IMG/VR virus record: IMGVR_UViG_3300045988_125079
Location: 32,001-96,000 of that record
Source of the DNA: a virus
DNA: 64,000 bases
Direction: 5' to 3' (one strand)
Positions 60,153-64,000 of this stretch are shown here, piece after piece. Under the pieces are notes generated by a model, which did not search any database, was not told where the DNA came from, and was given only the letters and a program-made list of their open reading frames with translations. Position 1 is the stretch's first letter. Every line of letters begins with the position of its first letter. Both the position numbers and the translations under genes were made by a program.

Positions 60153-62696
60153 TTGTTTAGTCCACCATTATATAGCGTACTAAAATTTAACTTGAATTAT
60201 ATCGTTTCTCATAACTATAATTTTAAACTGACACCAGAAGAGATGGAGCAGTATAAAGTCTTGCAGGGTGACGATATGCTGTTCAGACAGATTCGGCTCA
60301 TTTCCGACGACTAGAATAAATTCCAGCGCTTTATTATCTTTGTTGATGCAACAGGCGGCCAAAACCACCCTGATGCTATCGATCATTTAGTAGAGCATGG
60401 ATTCAAATTTAATGGTCAAAAATATCTGTTCTGTGAACGTAGTGCAAGTATGGTTCGTCAGAGTATGTTGAGTTTTGTTGAGCGACATATCTACCCTGAA
60501 CTCGATCGCCGTGTAAGCATGGAACTGGATTTTTCTGAGACACCAACTGTCCTGAGCAAGTATTATGCATATCGTGGTTTGATGCTGAGCAGCTGCCACT
60601 GTCTGGAGAACTGGTATCCCAAAATGATTGTTGTTCCAGATTATATGACAACGATCAAGAATCAGTGGATCGAGTACCTGGTAGACAAAACTGTGACGTT
60701 TAATGACCGCAAAACAGGCAAAGAACGTACCTGGACCCAGAAAGATATCGCCACAAAAACAGTTGACATTGATATCAACGCCTTTGATGGTGCTGGAATA
60801 TGCCACCCAAGTATCATGCGCGAATTTGAAAAGCGTATCGGTACTTCTGAACGGATGAATAGCTTGATTCTACGTGCTCCATATATCAAGGGTTGCTTAC
60901 ACGAGATTGATTACGAGCGTTTTTTTGAAGAGAACGGCGTTACAAAAATCAAGGATATCTGGGGTATGGAATATGATGTAACACCTGGCAGTGAACCAAT
61001 GATTATTATTACTGCTTCAATGTACAAGGGTCTCAAATATTTCAAGAAAACTGGTACCTATTCTGACTGGGAGAGATACTGGGAACTCTTCAAGAAGTAC
61101 GATAACTGCCTTGGTGTAGCCAAATGGAACTTTACGCTTGAACAAGAACCGCTTTCCACCCGTAGCAACTATCAGGTTATTCAAGACCTACAGCTTGACA
61201 ATGAGTCTTTTAAGCATCTAGCCGACGACAGCATTACCTGGTATCAGAATATTGTCAAAGGCGACCCGATTTATACATACTGCTTCCTTGGTTTACTTGC
61301 CGAGAACAATGACCCGATGAATCATTACATGGCTGCTGCCCTGCGTAATCCAGTGATGGTAAAAGAGCCGGCAATCAAAGATTATATTCACTCGCTGCTT
61401 GATAAATATCGCAATGAGATGAAGTGCGGTCGGCTTTGGATGAATGCTACTTTTAAGTTCTGGGCTCCTGACCTTATCGCACTATTGCAGCATATTGGTG
61501 GCCTTCCTGTGACTGGCTGCCTTGAAGACGGTGAGTTCTACAGTTTCGATCGTCGTGGTGTGATGGAAGGAGACCGCTTAATTGAGCGCAATCCCCATAT
61601 CTCTGTTGCTGAGCATGTAAAGGCCAAGGCCGTAGACAACGAATACACCCATAAATACTGCAGCCATCTTCAGAATGTTGCTATGGTGAATATCAAATCC
61701 ATCGTGGCTTCCAGACTTAATGGTTCAGATTTTGACGGCGACCTGGTTTTAATCATCGACAATCCGCTGATGATGAGTGGTGTTCCTGATAATATCCCCA
61801 TTACACTTGATGTTGAAGATAAGATCACTGCGTTAGCAGAATGTGATATTGTGAAGAACAAAGTTGCTTGCACCATTCGTGGATTGAAAAGTTCTATTGG
61901 TGAGATCTCAAACTACGCAACTGCATACCATAATAAGGTTCCGACCATGGAAAAGACCAAAAAGCTCTATCACGATAATATTTCGCTTTTGAGTATCTGC
62001 AACGGAAAAGCTATCGATTATGCCAAAACCGGTGTTCTGTATCCGATCCCGCGTAATGTAGCAGCTTATGGTCGTCCTCTACCCTACTTTATGAAGTATG
62101 CAGGTCCTTACTACGCACGTTTACATAATCTCAGCAAGGCACATAGCAACATGAACCTGCTTTGCATGAGTCTGGAGCGTTGGGAGCGCGGTGTACGGTG
62201 GCGCAAAGAGCCGGCAGGCAGCTTTGATTGGCATATCATGTACGACCCAGAGGTCTCCTATGACCAGGCAGTCTTTGATGAGATCGAAGCCATTTTCTTG
62301 GATTTCAACAAATGCCGCAAGGAACAGCTTGAGTTCGAAAAGAAATGCCGCAACTGGCAATTATATCATAAGGACATCGAGTCGCGTATTACCAAAGAAG
62401 AAGCCAAGACATATGAAACGAACTGGCAGGCGATCTACAATGTCTACCGTAACAAGTGCAAGCTGGTGTGTCCTGATGTGAGAGAGCTGGCGAATATTCT
62501 TGTAGTGCTTTGCTATGAGAAGTATCCAAATAAATTTAAGAAGTTCTTGTGGCACATGGCCGGCGCTGGTGTGGTCGAAAATATCAAGCCGGTTCTTGTT
62601 CAGTTACCAGTTCACGACCCGAACGGTGAGTATGAATATCTTGGCCAGCGATATAGTTTGGCTGAACCGAAAACTTATGAAGCGAGGGTGAAATAA
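60153..62696 (+). CDS. YonO-like single-subunit RNA polymerase (DPBB, DFDGD), with in-frame TAG at 60312-60314
   Basis: NGSDFDGDLVLII resembles the universal NADFDGD Mg-binding loop. ORF 60450-62696 extends upstream in frame through one TAG to a TTG at 60153, which lies 9 nt after GAGGAG. Confidence 0.6.
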
Positions 62697-62697
62697 T

Positions 62698-62997
62698 ATG
62701 GATAATTTGAAAGATCCGGTTACAATGGATAAACCCGAGCAAATGAATACACTTCATTGTCTATTTTGCTGCTCTACAAAAGTATATCCTGTTGTTGGAA
62801 AAGATATAAAATGTAAAAACAAATATCCGCCATATCAAGAAATTAAAATTCCAAGTATTGATGGACTATATTGCCCTGATTGTAAAACAGCTTATGCTAT
62901 AGACAAAAATCTTGACGATGTAATTCAGCAGTGTAGAAATATTTCGGGTGATTTAAATTTTTATCCATCAGAAATAAAGGAGAAAATTGATGTTTAA
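62698..62997 (+). CDS. zinc-ribbon protein (99 aa)
   Basis: CLFCC...CKNK...CPDCK. Confidence 0.55.
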   Translation: MDNLKDPVTMDKPEQMNTLHCLFCCSTKVYPVVGKDIKCKNKYPPYQEIKIPSIDGLYCPDCKTAYAIDKNLDDVIQQCRNISGDLNFYPSEIKEKIDV

Positions 62998-63250
62998 TCT
63001 ATTCAAAAAGAAGAAACCACAACAGGAAGAAGCTCCACAGCAGATGGAATGCCCCAAGTGTGGCGGAATCATGACACTGACAAATGGACTAACATATACA
63101 TTCCACTGTCGGGGGCAAGAACTCGAAGCCTCAAATGTTACCGCCATGAAATGCGCGAATTGCGGCGAAATGATGTTTAGCTGGGACGAGGCTCAACGTA
63201 TTCAAAAATTCGCTCATGAATCTGTGGGCTGGGAGGATAAAACAGAATGA
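62987..63250 (+). CDS. zinc-ribbon protein (YgiT/MqsA-N-like)
   Basis: CPKCGG...CANCGE with the typical spacing. Confidence 0.55.
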   Translation: MMFNLFKKKKPQQEEAPQQMECPKCGGIMTLTNGLTYTFHCRGQELEASNVTAMKCANCGEMMFSWDEAQRIQKFAHESVGWEDKTE

Positions 63251-63531
63251 GTTATCAGTGTTTTAAGACAACGGTTGTCACTTGTGTAATTTTGTTATGT
63301 TCACTCTTAGGTTTGGGAATCTGGGCATCCATTCCACATAAAAATGATACTGGCGACAAGTCAGTTTGCAACACAAAGACCTTATATCGTATTTCGGATA
63401 CAGAATTGATTTATGATGATAACACAAGGATCTTATATTATTGTTTATACAACGGTTTTATGTCTCCATACTACAATGCACGTGGCCAGCTTTGCCGCTA
63501 TGTTAATGGCGAAATTGTACCAATCGAGTAA
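63247..63531 (+). CDS. small membrane-anchored protein (94 aa)
   Basis: N-terminal TM segment VVTCVILLCSLLGLGIWA. Confidence 0.55.
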   Translation: MSYQCFKTTVVTCVILLCSLLGLGIWASIPHKNDTGDKSVCNTKTLYRISDTELIYDDNTRILYYCLYNGFMSPYYNARGQLCRYVNGEIVPIE

Positions 63532-63546
63532 GGAGGTTATGTAAAA

Positions 63547-63699
63547 ATGAATATGGCCGCGTTAATTGCATATTGGAGAGCTAGACCATTTTCGTTCATA
63601 GAAAAGTATTTTCATCTTCGTCTATATTGGTATCAAAAATTATATTTACGAATGATCTATGATAGGAGGTTAAATGGCATATACAACTTTCTACTGTAA
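63547..63699 (+). CDS. small hypothetical protein (50 aa)
   Basis: Hand-translated MNMAALIAYWRARPFSFIEKYF... AAGGAGG lies 10 nt upstream. Overlaps the next ORF by 26 nt. Confidence 0.4.
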   Translation: MNMAALIAYWRARPFSFIEKYFHLRLYWYQKLYLRMIYDRRLNGIYNFLL

Positions 63700-64000
63700 T
63701 GAAAATATGTTGCTTGATCATTGGCAGGACTATCACGAGTCAAATCTGATGTTGCGAAACCTGCTAAAGCGAACCTCCCTCTCCCCTATTGAATGCGCCA
63801 CGTTTTATTATGAGCGGATGAAAAATCCTGAGTCTGTCAGTTATGATCGCAGCCACTTGATTCAGATGTTCAGCAGAGGTCGTAAAAATAACGCGCCTAT
63901 ATTTGACGTACATCAAGTTGTACTTTATCAGAAAGATCTGGACTATATTACAGAGGCGCGCCGAAAATATCATATCAACTACGCACAATTACGTGTTCTG
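63674..64000 (+). CDS. hypothetical protein, 5' partial (runs off the window)
   Basis: ATG after ATAGGAGG. Open to the window end (MAYTTFYCNENMLLDHWQDYHE...). Confidence 0.5.
   Translation, partial: MAYTTFYCNENMLLDHWQDYHESNLMLRNLLKRTSLSPIECATFYYERMKNPESVSYDRSHLIQMFSRGRKNNAPIFDVHQVVLYQKDLDYITEARRKYHINYAQLRVL

Noticed and set aside
1-64000. CRISPR arrays, rRNA genes, IS/transposase genes
   Set aside because: I saw no regularly spaced direct repeats with unique spacers, no rRNA-like conserved stretches and no transposase motifs. The only mobile-type genes are the HNH/homing-endonuclease-like genes, the integrase and the RT.

Overview
This window reads as part of a large, gene-dense tailed-phage or phage-like mobile genome, not a bacterial chromosome. 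A long minus-strand gene block (265-53355) and a plus-strand block (from 54699) diverge from a 1.3-kb non-coding region. Most of the more than 110 CDS are small and have no assignable function.

Recognisable content:
- Two tRNA arrays hold 10 canonical tRNAs, including an amber-suppressor tRNA with anticodon CUA. They also hold degenerate or expanded tRNA-like RNAs and two paralogous HNH endonucleases.
- An NAD+ metabolism island (PncA, NadE, macro domain, NAMPT-like, Prs-like) is interrupted by a homing-endonuclease-like gene.
- A retron/DRT-like reverse transcriptase is flanked by related GC-rich structured elements, with a third copy 11 kb away.
- A ThiF/E1-like + JAB/MPN + 490-aa unknown + ThiS/MoaD-like cassette sits next to the RT.
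- Other calls: AAA+ ATPase, tyrosine recombinase, SPFH lipoprotein, small radical-SAM enzyme, BRO-N protein, MazF-like toxin, SLT transglycosylase, HD hydrolase, Cys-phosphatase.
- The plus strand carries a PIN-PhoH ATPase and a YonO-like single-subunit RNA polymerase (DFDGD motif).

Most unusual observations:
1. Eighteen small proteins with differing bodies all end in hydrophobic-x-C-x-S-L-L-COOH. Conservation is at the protein level, not the DNA level.
2. Three plus-strand genes contain in-frame TAG, TAG is almost never used as a terminator, and the element encodes tRNA-CUA. Together these point to TAG recoding.
3. The three GC-rich structured elements show compensatory base changes and a conserved G-U pair.
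4. Several RNAs are framed like tRNAs (acceptor stem plus T arm) but carry 40-300 nt of extra structure.

All functional calls come from motif recognition by eye. No database search was run.
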